Translations under genes and position numbers: made by a program
Notes under the pieces: model-generated
The model's database searches: none
What the model saw: the letters and a program-made list of their open reading frames with translations, nothing else
What the model was told of the DNA's origin: nothing
Shown: one piece after another, positions 25,394 through 36,400 of the stretch
Layout: every line of letters starts with the position of its first letter
How positions within the stretch are numbered: the first letter of the stretch is position 1
NCBI RefSeq assembly: GCF_000150275.1
Contig: NW_002060957.1
Coordinates: 124,001-188,000, forward strand
Source of the DNA: Trichoplax adhaerens
Lineage: Eukaryota; Animalia; Placozoa
DNA length: 64,000 nt
Direction of reading: 5' to 3'

Positions 25394-26804
25394 GTAGACA
25401 ATCTCATCTTACGAAACTGGAATATGGGACTATCTGCAATTCCATCTCTAACCAAATGATAGTTAATTAGAAATGACGGAAATTCTATGACACGCTTAAT
25501 CTAAATACATCGTTTCAATGCGTTACAAATTTAATTGTAGTGAAGTACATTGCAAATCGCTTTCATCAACCTCCTTAACTTGCATAAAGTGCACTATAAA
25601 GTGATGGCCATCAGGTGCTATGGTAATGCTCTTCGCTACTATGCATGATGATAATTCATATAAGCGTTGTCCATGCATACCTAATCCATATCCAGTATCC
25701 AATACAATAGAAACCTAAGGCCAAGGAAAATACATTTATTAGATATAACTCTATTTGTATGTAATCGCTGCCTATGCTATATTTCTAGCTAAACCATCTA
25801 TTGTGTAAATAATGTTGCAAGTAGTTTATTAGCAACTGTCATCGCTAAATCTATTTACTACGCATATCTAAGGTGTATACTGATTCTGTAGCTAATTTTC
25901 ACGTAACTACATAATATGCCGTATGTCTTATACAGTTAATTTTGAATTGTATAATACTGTTTTATCATTATTATTAGTAGTACCTCTCTTCATTCTGTAA
26001 CTATGAAATTCGTATGATTAATTTAAATTGAAAATTATATCATTTGTTAAGGCTACGAATCGGCTCTTTGCTTGTCGATCACGGCATTATAAAATAAAAT
26101 TCCGTTGAAATTACATCCTATGCTATGGAATAACTTATGATCTTCCTTAAGCTTTTTGAAGGGTTTAGTAGCATTAAAAATAAAATTAGATTAACAATCG
26201 TGAATAGATTGTGGTACACCACAATGAAGAGATACCGTCTAAGAGAGTAACAGCAGAACACGAAATCATGGCAGATCCTGATTGCATGAAGTTCTGCTGG
26301 CATGCTATGAGCGCCAACACATGATATTTGTGTAATGGCTGCATGTCCAATAAATACATCAAATTGCTAGACTTATAATTTACTGCGATGCATAACATGA
26401 AATATTTGAATTCCATTAATTACTGTAAGCTAGCTTATCACAAATACGAACAAGATCATAATAACAACTTTTTTATTCTATAATGGTATAATTGCTTCCA
26501 GATGAAGCCAAGACAAGTTTGAACGTTCATTCAATAGAAAATATATTATAGCCTGTGTCGGCTAATAAATATCTAGCAACATTATTAATTTATGAAATAG
26601 GAGAAAAAAAGCATGCTTTAATTCAATTTTCACTAGATAGATGTTCTCTTTGATATTCACAATAATTTATTGCAATTAGAGTGCAACATCAATAACTATC
26701 GTATTAGATACTGAAATAATTTACAATCACTGTTTCTACTATGGAATGAGAAATAGCAATAGAATGCTTAATTAAGGGCTAAAATTTTATCAAACGTACA
26801 ACAG

Positions 26805-29618
26805 CTATATATAGTCATCAACGTAGGAATAGGCTTCAAAATCATAAATTTTCGAGCCGTCTTCGCCATAGTGAAGAGCACGGAAACATTTATTACAGAA
26901 AAAGGATGGGTCTGACGAAGCTAGTCGATCGTTGAAAGTTATCCACCTTAACAGAATCAGTATCGAGTAAAAAAGACAATCAATAATACTAATAACGGTT
27001 TTCTGTTAGTTTTATAATAAAGTATAAAGCATTCAATAGTTCTCATGCGTACTTAGCTATAAACATATCACATATACGACATTTTTGTCGCCGTGGCCGA
27101 CTTTTAAATAATGATACAGGATAGATTGCCTTGCTTTGAATGTCTCCTTCTGAAAGTAATCTATGGCGTAAAAACAATACCATTTAAACTACTGATTTTG
27201 CTGGGGGAATAAATCATAGAAATAGCCGGTATTTCCGCTCAATGTCGGAAGATTTCTTACCGTAAATCTTGAAAAATAATTAAATGTTCACAGTCCCCTT
27301 GATGACAAAAAAGATATGGATAACCCAAACGGATTTTCAAATCTATAAATTTCACCTCTGTCATTAATTTAGAAGATGGTACACCAAGTCCTTTGTCTAC
27401 CCATTCACTATTTTTCTTGGCCCAGTCAATAATTATTCTGATTATGAAAGCAAGTAAACGAATAAGTCGATTCTTTAAATCTCTTTAATTTATTGAAATG
27501 AGTCTCAAGGTTAATAGAATATTAAGCTGGTAAATCAGCTGTAATTGATCCAGTACAGTAGTTAATAAGTACTTGCTATAGTCTTTGCATAAAAGATGTC
27601 TCATATCATTGTAAAAGACATTTTCAATAAAAAAGAAGGCTGATGTCGAGATTTCCTACCAGTGAAAGTAAAACAATTATAAAATTATGTTGACAGTATA
27701 CGAATGTATCGTTATTGTAGATCATAGAGGTAATCATCGTTAAAATGCTTAGATTACATAAAAATTGTACAGCATAAATGTACATACTGTTGCTCTTGGT
27801 TCAGAAGATACCATATCTGGATTGCTACTACATTCCGTTGTTACAACTTCATCACTAAAGCATTCGATTTTATCGCGCAATTCACTTAGCGATTGACTGC
27901 CAATAACGCTATATTCCTGATTCTTTACCAACTGAAATGAAAAGAGTTTAGAATTTGTCAATGAATGTTACAGTGACACTGGTTAAATCAAGCTTTTAAA
28001 ACTACAATATTCCACTTTTTATACAGTTCTTCACTAATTGAAACGGTATGTCCGATTTATTGTGCTGATTAATATTAAATGATTCATTTTACCCTAATTG
28101 GATGATAAACAGCAACAATCAATAAGACTTCTCCATCTTCAATATCACAGACTCTTGCATCAACGCTATCAATATGTGGCTGATTCTAGAATCAATTGAT
28201 ATGGTTTTATCAATAACGGATTGAGAAATAATTCAATAGCTAAAGGAAGAGATTCCAATTCTCTATATCTCGTACTGCTAATAGTCAAACCTTATTATTT
28301 AAGTAGTTAATATTTTTAGATCGCTTCTTCTTCTTCAGTACCTCGATTTGGCTATAAAATGAAATTCGATCGTGGCAAAGATTAAGTTATCGATAGTAAC
28401 ATTATGTTGGCATTTTAACGTAGGAGAAAAATTGAGTGCATCAATTGCATTGTTCCATGTGTGATATACTATCTTACAGATAGATAGACCAGGTAGATAA
28501 AAAGGATTGATCCTATATAGAAGTTCAACTTACTGCATCATAGCCTTAAGCTCGACGCCTTCAGGTACGTTATCTGGTGATGCATCTTCTAGGCTTATTT
28601 CATTTTCTGCAGGGCACTAGATCATTTTAGGCAAAATAGTATTGTGTGACAAATATTAGTTGTAAAAGATTTGGTAATATTAGGTAGTTCAACAACAGTC
28701 AACTACTGCCATAAGAAATAGTGATAACTTGCAATCGTTTGCAAAAATTTGTTAATCCTACATACTGTACTTTCTACGCAACTCGAATGTATCTCTACTG
28801 CGCGCGAACTGGTCAATTGTCACATCATACGCGTATAAGAAAGATTAATTGCTACTAATTATAGTATAGCGCAATGAAAATTGGTACATAATGACAGTAG
28901 TTGCAACACTAGCACAACATGATGAGGTAATTTATGGATAGCTATGAATTCATTTCCTCCACAAGATGACTCTTTTATTATGATACATCCTATCAGAGTG
29001 AGCTTAACTGGCGTTGGGGTATTGAAAACTGACCTTCAACTGGTCGACACTATTAAAAAGAAAAAAATAGGTTGATTAATCGTCTTTTATTTATTATCTC
29101 GGTGACCAAGTGTCCATGACTATATTCTATCCGTGTAAGTAGACAGAAATTACATCTTCTACACTTGGTATATCATCAGCATGGATATCGTATATGCAAC
29201 ATTGGAGCAAACATTGCTTTCAGTTTTTGATGGGGCTTTGACACCATTACACGTAAGTAGAGTATTGAGATTTAGTGTAACTATAAGAGTTGTACACCAA
29301 CCTACAGACTTGGCTCAATTCTTGAACAGTCTCAATAGGTAAATTCATGGCTGAGGCCATATCATTGGCATCTAAATCAAGTAAATTCCTGTCCAGGTCG
29401 GTCTTGTGGATGGATTTTAGATAATTGGATTGGAATTGTCGAACAGAAGTTAATGGGGAACAAAATTGTTTACAATAATCTCGTTGTTGAAGAATGGACA
29501 CTCGACGATTTTGGGTTGCACCGGTGGTTCGATTAGTGCCGCTGCTGCTTGCATCAATGGTATAATCTGAGCTATCCCCTTCATCATCCGTTTGCATCCA
29601 TGATTTTGCAACATCCAT
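26805..29618 (-). CDS. SNAPC3: snRNA-activating protein complex subunit 3 (SNAP50), multi-exon
   Basis: QEYSVIGSQSLSELRDKIEC, SAFFFIENVFYNDMR, IIDWAK, FIDLKIRLGYPYLFCHQGDCEHLIIFQDLR, YPVSLF, KCRICDMFIAKWITFNDRLASSDPSFFCNKCFRALHY (C-terminal zinc finger). Stop TAG at 26805-26807. Confidence 0.93.
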
Positions 29619-29954
29619 AGGTGCAGTATTGTATTTCTATTCAACGTGACCAGAGGAAGAGTATTTCATTCTAATCGTAGCCAGTTGGGAAGAAAGCAGT
29701 ACTGTACCCTGTATCAGGTATATTACAGGCGATGCCGCCTATTTTCAATAGGTAAAAGGATATGTAAAAAAAGACGAAGGATTAGCTGCAACGTCCACGA
29801 ATGCAGTTTGTACATGAATATATCCTAGCTAACGATAAATCAGTCATAATGAAAACAAAATACCAACGAGACTGCTCGATACTTCAGTACTTACTTATTC
29901 CTCAACGATAAAAGGCTGTGCCAAGGCGATCAAAGATTGACTGCAATATTAATT

Positions 29955-30627
29955 TCTATATCAATATCCAATATGCTTGTGAACGATAAAATGAGCCATA
30001 ATAACACAGCGCATATAATGTACTAGTCATGGAAACAATTCATGTTCATTTCTATATCATTATCCAATATACGGTCATGGAAACAATTGATATTCATTTC
30101 TATATCACTATCCAATATACTTGTGAATGATAAAATGAGCCATAATAACACAGCGCGTATAATGTACTAGACATGCAAACAATTCATGTTCATTTCTATA
30201 TCATGATCCAATATACGGTCATGGAAACAATTTATGTTTATTTCTATATCAGTATCTAATGTACTGTACGGTCATGGAAACAATTCATATCCATTTCTAT
30301 ATCACTATCCAATATGCTTGTGAACGATAAAATGAGCCATAATAACACAGCACGTATAATGTACTAGACATGCAAACAATTCATGTTCATTTTTATATCA
30401 TTATCCAATATACTTTACAGTCGTGGAAACAATTCATGTTTATTTCTATATCAGTATCGAATATACGGTCATGGAAGCAATTTATGTTTATTTCTATATC
30501 AGTATCTAATGTACGGTCATGGAAATAATTCATCTTCATTTCTAAATCACTATCCAATATACTTGTGAATGATAAAATGAGCCATAGTAACACATAGCGT
30601 ATAATATACTAGTCATGGAAACAATTC
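29955..30627. repeat. Composite minisatellite: 49-bp module A interleaved with runs of 48-bp module B
   Basis: A (TTGTGAA(C/T)GATAAAATGAGCCATA..ACTA) at ~29977, 30121, 30318 and 30563. B is GTCATGGAAACAATTCATGTTCATTTCTATATCA..ATCCAATATACG. Confidence 0.92.
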
Positions 30628-31283
30628 CGAAACATAGCAACACAACAGCTCGATGCTACTGTACACACCTGGTTTTGAAGAGCAAAAGGCCGTGTATAGA
30701 CACGTCAAATAAGGGATTTCCGGCAATGTTCAATCCTATTTGGTACTGATATCTGTATGCTGCGGTATATCAGTAACAAAACAACACCCAACAGTCCTGC
30801 AACGAGTAAAAGAGAGCTACAATTGGATTCTACACAGCTGTTTCCAAATGCAAAAAGTCTATGTCAAGTAGGCTAACCAGTCAAAAAGTACTCCACACCT
30901 GTTTCCAATAGGTCCAAAGCTGTGTAAAATAATGAAGGATTTGCTGCAAAGCGTAATATTCAAGCTGCTAGCTGCTACTTGTCGTATTAAGTGATATTAG
31001 TAATAGTAAGAATAGAGTATTTCCTTCAGTTATTCCGCCAATCCCAAGTTATGGCAGCTGCAATGCATCAACTGCCTTCCAGCTTATTTCCGGTATGCAG
31101 TATGAGCTTTAGTATGAGAAGTAAGCAAGTGAAGAAACACACTACCGTCTACTACTAGACTCCCTAGACTGCTGGATAGGATGCAGTCTGGCAGTAATGC
31201 GTTGACAACGGCAAGTTAATCCACCTTGGCACCTTGTTGTCAACAGTACTGCTGTGCTAGTGCTAAACTACTCCTGGAGAATG

Positions 31284-31801
31284 ATATCAAATTGTTGCTT
31301 TCCATCGGCCATCGTAGTAATGGCGTTAAGTTGATCAATCGCTTCAATAAATTGAAGGCAGCTAGCTCGACCGAGGTCAAAAGTAAGAAATGACTTGGAT
31401 CCCTCTTCTTACTAGGGCTGTTGAAGACAACGCGAACAACAATGTCTTCCTACAGCTAGATACAGTAGTTCTGATACTTTGAAGCTCTCTCCAAAGTATC
31501 GACGTAGAGTAAAATAATAATTCATCTAGCCGTGTCTAGAGTATTATATCAAATTCTAGCCTCCATCGGCCACCGTCGTAATGGTGTTAAGTTGATCAAT
31601 CGCTTCAATGAATTGAAGGCAGCTAGCTCGACCGAGGTCAAAAGTAAGAAATTACTTCGATTCCTCTTCTTACTAGGGCTGTTGAAGACAAATCTTACAA
31701 CAATGTCTTCCCATAGCTAGATATAGTAGTTCTCAATCAGACACCATGTAGCTCTCTCCAAAGCATCGACGTAAGAGTCAAATGATCATGAATCTAGCCG
31801 T
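31284..31801. repeat. Tandem duplication, ~262 bp x2
   Basis: ATATCAAATT...CCATCGGCCA...GGCAGCTAGCTCGACCGAGGTCAAAAGTAAGAAA...TCTAGCCGT at 31284 and 31546. Confidence 0.9.
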
Positions 31802-31877
31802 CATTTTTCTTTTCTTACAGTACAATATTTAGAATGGCTCATTGACCAATTCTCCTTGATGATCAAGAGGAATTTTT

Positions 31878-32966
31878 TGTCTCATCCATGATTTTGATCG
31901 TTGTCATAAGTCATTTAGTAACAACTAGCAAAAGCATAGACAAGGCAGAAAATGAATTATCCATTCCATCATCAACGATTCTTGTCTTATCCATGATTTT
32001 GATTGTTGTCACAAGTCATTTTGTAACAACTAGCAAAAGCATAGACAAGGCAGAAAATGAATTATCCATTCCATCATCACCGATTCTTGTCTCATCCATG
32101 ATTTTGATCGTTGTCACAAGTCATTTTGTAACAACTAGCAAAAGCATAGACAAGGCAGAAAATGTATTATCCATTCCATCATCTCCGATTCTTGTCATAA
32201 TTACGATCCAATCCATGGACAAGATGGAAAATGGCCATCTATAAATCAATGCAATCACCATGACTGATCTCATGTTACATCATCGATGTTGATCCGTTCC
32301 ATCATCAACGATTCTTGTCTCGTCCATGATTTTGATTGTTGTCACAAGTCATTTTGTAACAACTAGCAAAAGCATAGACAAGGCAGAAAATGAATTATCC
32401 ATTCCATCATCAACGATTCTTGTCTCATCCATGGTTTTGATCGTTGTCACAAGTCATTTTGTAACAACTAGCAATAGCATAGACAAGGCAGAAAATGAAT
32501 TATCCATTCCATCATCTCCGATTCTTGTCATCATTACGATCCAATCCATGGACAAGATAGAAAATGGCCATCTATAAATCAATGCAATCACCATGACTGA
32601 TCTCATGTTACATCATCGATGTTGATCCGTTCCATCATCAACGATTCTTGTCTCGTCCATGATTTTGATTGTTGTCACAAGTCATTTTGTAACAACTAGC
32701 AAAAGCATAGACAAGGCAGAAAATGAATTATCCATTCCATCATCAACGATTCTTGTCTCATCCATGGTTTTGATCGTTGTCACAAGTCATTTTGTAACAA
32801 CTAGCAATAGCATAGACAAGGCAGAAAATGAATTATCCATTCCATCATCTCCGATTCTTGTCATAATTACGATCCAATCCATGGACAAGATAGAAAATGG
32901 CCATCTATAAATCAATGCAATCGCCATGACTGATCTCATGTTACATCATCGATGTTGATCCGTTCC
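31878..32966. repeat. 105-bp monomer organised into 333-bp higher-order repeat x3, plus one extra monomer
   Basis: ATGATTTTGAT(C/T)GTTGTCA at 31888, 31993 and 32098; the 333-bp period runs 31993, 32326, 32659. Confidence 0.94.
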
Positions 32967-33249
32967 GTACTGTAACGAACCGTTACGGTTGAGTGATACG
33001 CATTGACCATCTGTGCGTTGTTGCTTACTCAATCCAGTTGTCGTAACGCATGAAAGGAACACGATATAGACGATGGAGAGGGGGGGACCGTTCTCGCTCG
33101 TCCATTATCCACTCACGATCGACAATCGGCTAACAATTATCTACCAAATTGACTAGCAGTATGACTTGAATGGAACAGTAACCTCACAGTCACACACCCT
33201 TCGTCAAGTCGGCCCTTGGCCTAATACCAAACTCACCCGAAGCCGAACG

Positions 33250-33257
33250 TATATAAA
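33250..33257 (+). promoter_or_regulatory. Candidate TATA box upstream of TARS
   Basis: TATATAAA in a locally GC-richer stretch ~160 bp upstream of the ATG at 33411. Confidence 0.45.
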
Positions 33258-33410
33258 CCGACCAGCGGCCATTGCCGGTAGACATTGGCAAGTAAAACAG
33301 TCAGTGGATTAAGCTACTGTTCAATTGAAGACTACTTAGGAGAAAAGGAGTGGATTCGTCTTTCCAATTCAAGCAATTGATTGATTTCTTTGGTCCTTTA
33401 CTGAATCAAA

Positions 33411-36400
33411 ATGAGCCAAAAAAATGGCAATAAAACCAGTGGTGAAGTAAGTATGCGGATGTTTGTGTTTTGCTGGTAACATGTGCACTAACAATTTCAA
33501 TAGTAGTGGAGACAAGGGTAGAGGGCTACGTAAAGCATTTCTACTCAACTATTCCAGTACAGTACTCCTTTTTTCTTGGTTGATCTTGCATCGACCATGT
33601 CGAGATTGAGACTGTCATTGCAATCACTCTATCGACTGACTAACAAGCAACCATGCTATGTCATTCTATCTTCTATTACACCACTCAATCCAGTCCACTA
33701 AAGTCAAGAAAAGTAGTCAAAATCACTGCAGCCTAGCTGATTGTCTGGGTGATTCGACTGGTATCTTAGATACGAGTCGAAAAGTAGTCAAGATTTAAAT
33801 TATCTTTCAAGTACAACTAAAGTAAGAAGAATTCAATAACGACACAACTCTATAGACAGACTACTGTAGTAAGCAGTCATGCTCATATCATTCTATCTTC
33901 CATACACCTCTCAATCCAGTCCACTAAAGTCAAGAAAAGTAGTCAAAATCACTGCAGCCTAGCTGTTTGTCTGGGTGATTCGACTGGTATCTTAGATACG
34001 AGTCTCAAAGTAGTCAAGATATCAATTATCTTTCAAGTACACCTAAAGTAAGACTATTTTAGGCAGTTAAGATGTTCATTCTGATGAAGTACAACTAAAG
34101 TAAGAAGAATTCAATAACGACACAACTCTATAGACAGACTACTGTAGTAAGCAGTCATGCTCATGTCATTCTATCTTCTATTACACCACCCAATCTAGTC
34201 CACTAAAGTCAAGAAAAGTAGTCAAAATCACTTCAGCTTAGCTGATGGTCTGTGTAATTGGACTCGTATCTTAGATACGAGTCTCAAAGTAGTCAAGATA
34301 TCAATTATCTTTCAAGTACAACTAAAGTAAGACTATTTTAGGCAGTTAAGATGTTCATTCTGATGAAGTACAACTAAAGCAAGAAGAATTCAATAACGAC
34401 ACAACTCTATAGACAGACTACTGTAGTAAGCAACCATGCTCATGCCATTCTATCTTCTATACACCACTCAATCCAGTCCACTAAAGTCAAGAAAAGTAGT
34501 CAAAATCACTGCAGCCTAGCTGTTTGTCTGGGTGATTCGACTGGTATCTTAGATACGAGTCTCAAAGTAGTCAAGATATCAATTATCTTTCAAGTACAAC
34601 TAAAGTAAGACTATTTTAGGCAGTTAAGATGTTCATTCTGATGAAGTANNNNNNNNNNNNNNNNNNNNNNNNNNNNNNNNNNNNNNNNNNNNNNNNNNAA
34701 GATATCAATTATCTTTCAAGTACAACTAAAGTAAGACTATTTTAGGCAGTTAAGATGTTCATTCTGATGAAGTACAACTAAAGTAAGAAGAATTCAATAA
34801 CGACACAACTCTATAGACAGACTACTGTAGTAAGCAGTCATGCTCATGTCATTCTATCTTCCATATACCACTCGATCCTATCAACTAAAGTCAAGAAAAG
34901 TAGTCAAAATCACTGCAGCCTAGCTGATTGTCTGGGTGATGAGACTGGTATCTTAGATACCAGTCTCAAAGTAGTCAAGATATCAATTATCTTTCAAGTA
35001 CAACTACAGTAAGACTATTTTAGGCAGTTAAGATGTTCATTCTGATGAAGTACAACTAAAGTAAGAAGAATTCAATAACGACACAACTCTATAGACAGAC
35101 TACTGTAGTAAGCAGTCATGCTCATATCATTCTATCTTCCATATACCACTCGATCCTATCAACTAAAGTCAAGAAAAGTAGTCAAAATTACTGCAACCTA
35201 GCTGATTGTCTGTGTGATTAGACTCGTATCTTAGATACCAGTCGAAAAGTAGTCAAGATATCAATTATCTTTCAAGTGCAACTACAGTAAGACTATTTTA
35301 GGCAGTTAAGATGTTCATTCTGATGAAGTACAACTAAAGTAAGAAGAATTCAATAACGACACAACTCTATAGACAGACTACTGTAGTAAGCAGTCATGCT
35401 CATATCATTCTATCTTCCATATACCACTCGATCCTATCAACTAAAGTCAAGAAAAGTAGTCAAAATCACTGCAGCCTAGCTGATTGTCTGGGTGATTCGA
35501 CTGGTATCTTAGATACCAGTCTCAAAGTAGTCAAGATATCAATTATCTTTCAAGTACAACTAAAGTAAGACTATTTTAGGCAGTTAAGATGTTCATTCTG
35601 ATGAAGTACAACTAAAGTAAGAAGAATTCAATAACGACACAACTCTATAGACAGACTACTGTAGTAAGCAGTCATGCTCATGTCATTCTATCTTCCATAT
35701 ACCACTCGATCCTATCAACTAAAGTCAAGAAAAGTAGTCAAAATCACTGCAGCCTAGCTGATTGTCTGGGTGATGAGACTGGTATCTTAGATACCAGTCT
35801 CAAAGTAGTCAAGATATCAATTATCTTTCAAGTACAACTACAGTAAGACTATTTTAGGCAGTTAAGATGTTCATTCTGATGAAGTACAACTAAAGTAAGA
35901 AGAATTCAATAACGACACAACTCTATAGACAGACTACTGTAGTAAGCAGTCATGCTCATATCATTCTATCTTCCATATACCACTCGATCCTATCAACTAA
36001 AGTCAAGAAAAGTAGTCAAAATTACTGCAACCTAGCTGATTGTCTGTGTGATTAGACTCGTATCTTAGATACCAGTCGAAAAGTAGTCAAGATATCAATT
36101 ATCTTTCAAGTACAACTACAGTAAGACTATTTTAGGCAGGCAAGATGTTCATTCTGATGAAGTACAACTAAAGTAAGAAGAATTCAATTACGACACTACT
36201 CTATAGACAGACTAGTAAGCAGTCATGCTCATGTCATCATACCTTCAATACATCACTCAATTCAGTCAAATAAAGTGAAAAAGAGTAGTCAATAATCACT
36301 GCAGCTTACTGTATGTTATTAGATTCATAGTCACTGCAATCAAGACATGAATTGTCTTTCAAGTACAACTAAAGTAAAACTATTTTAGGCAGTCAAGACG

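Noticed and set aside
29955-30627. CRISPR-like appearance of regular short repeats (also 55676-55930)
   Set aside because: Intervening sequences are themselves repeats, not unique spacers; eukaryotic context with no cas genes.
31888-32910. Repetitive ORFs of 118, 83 and 83 aa as protein genes
   Set aside because: They arise from a repeat unit divisible by three; no recognisable domain or splice context.
32969-32989. Hairpin ACTGTAACG-AAC-CGTTACGGT at the end of the 333-bp array as a Helitron 3' terminus
   Set aside because: No CTRR terminus at the expected distance and no other Helitron evidence.
33225-33300. PSE plus TATA Pol III snRNA promoter near SNAPC3
   Set aside because: TCACC-to-TATA spacing is too short, and no U6-like sequence or T-run terminator follows; better read as the TARS promoter.
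34070-34230. Hammerhead ribozyme or retrozyme in the 278-bp satellite (CTGATGA in each full unit)
   Set aside because: No GAAA closes a stem II after CTGATGA. The distant GAAAAGTAGTC cannot form stems I and III with the flanks.
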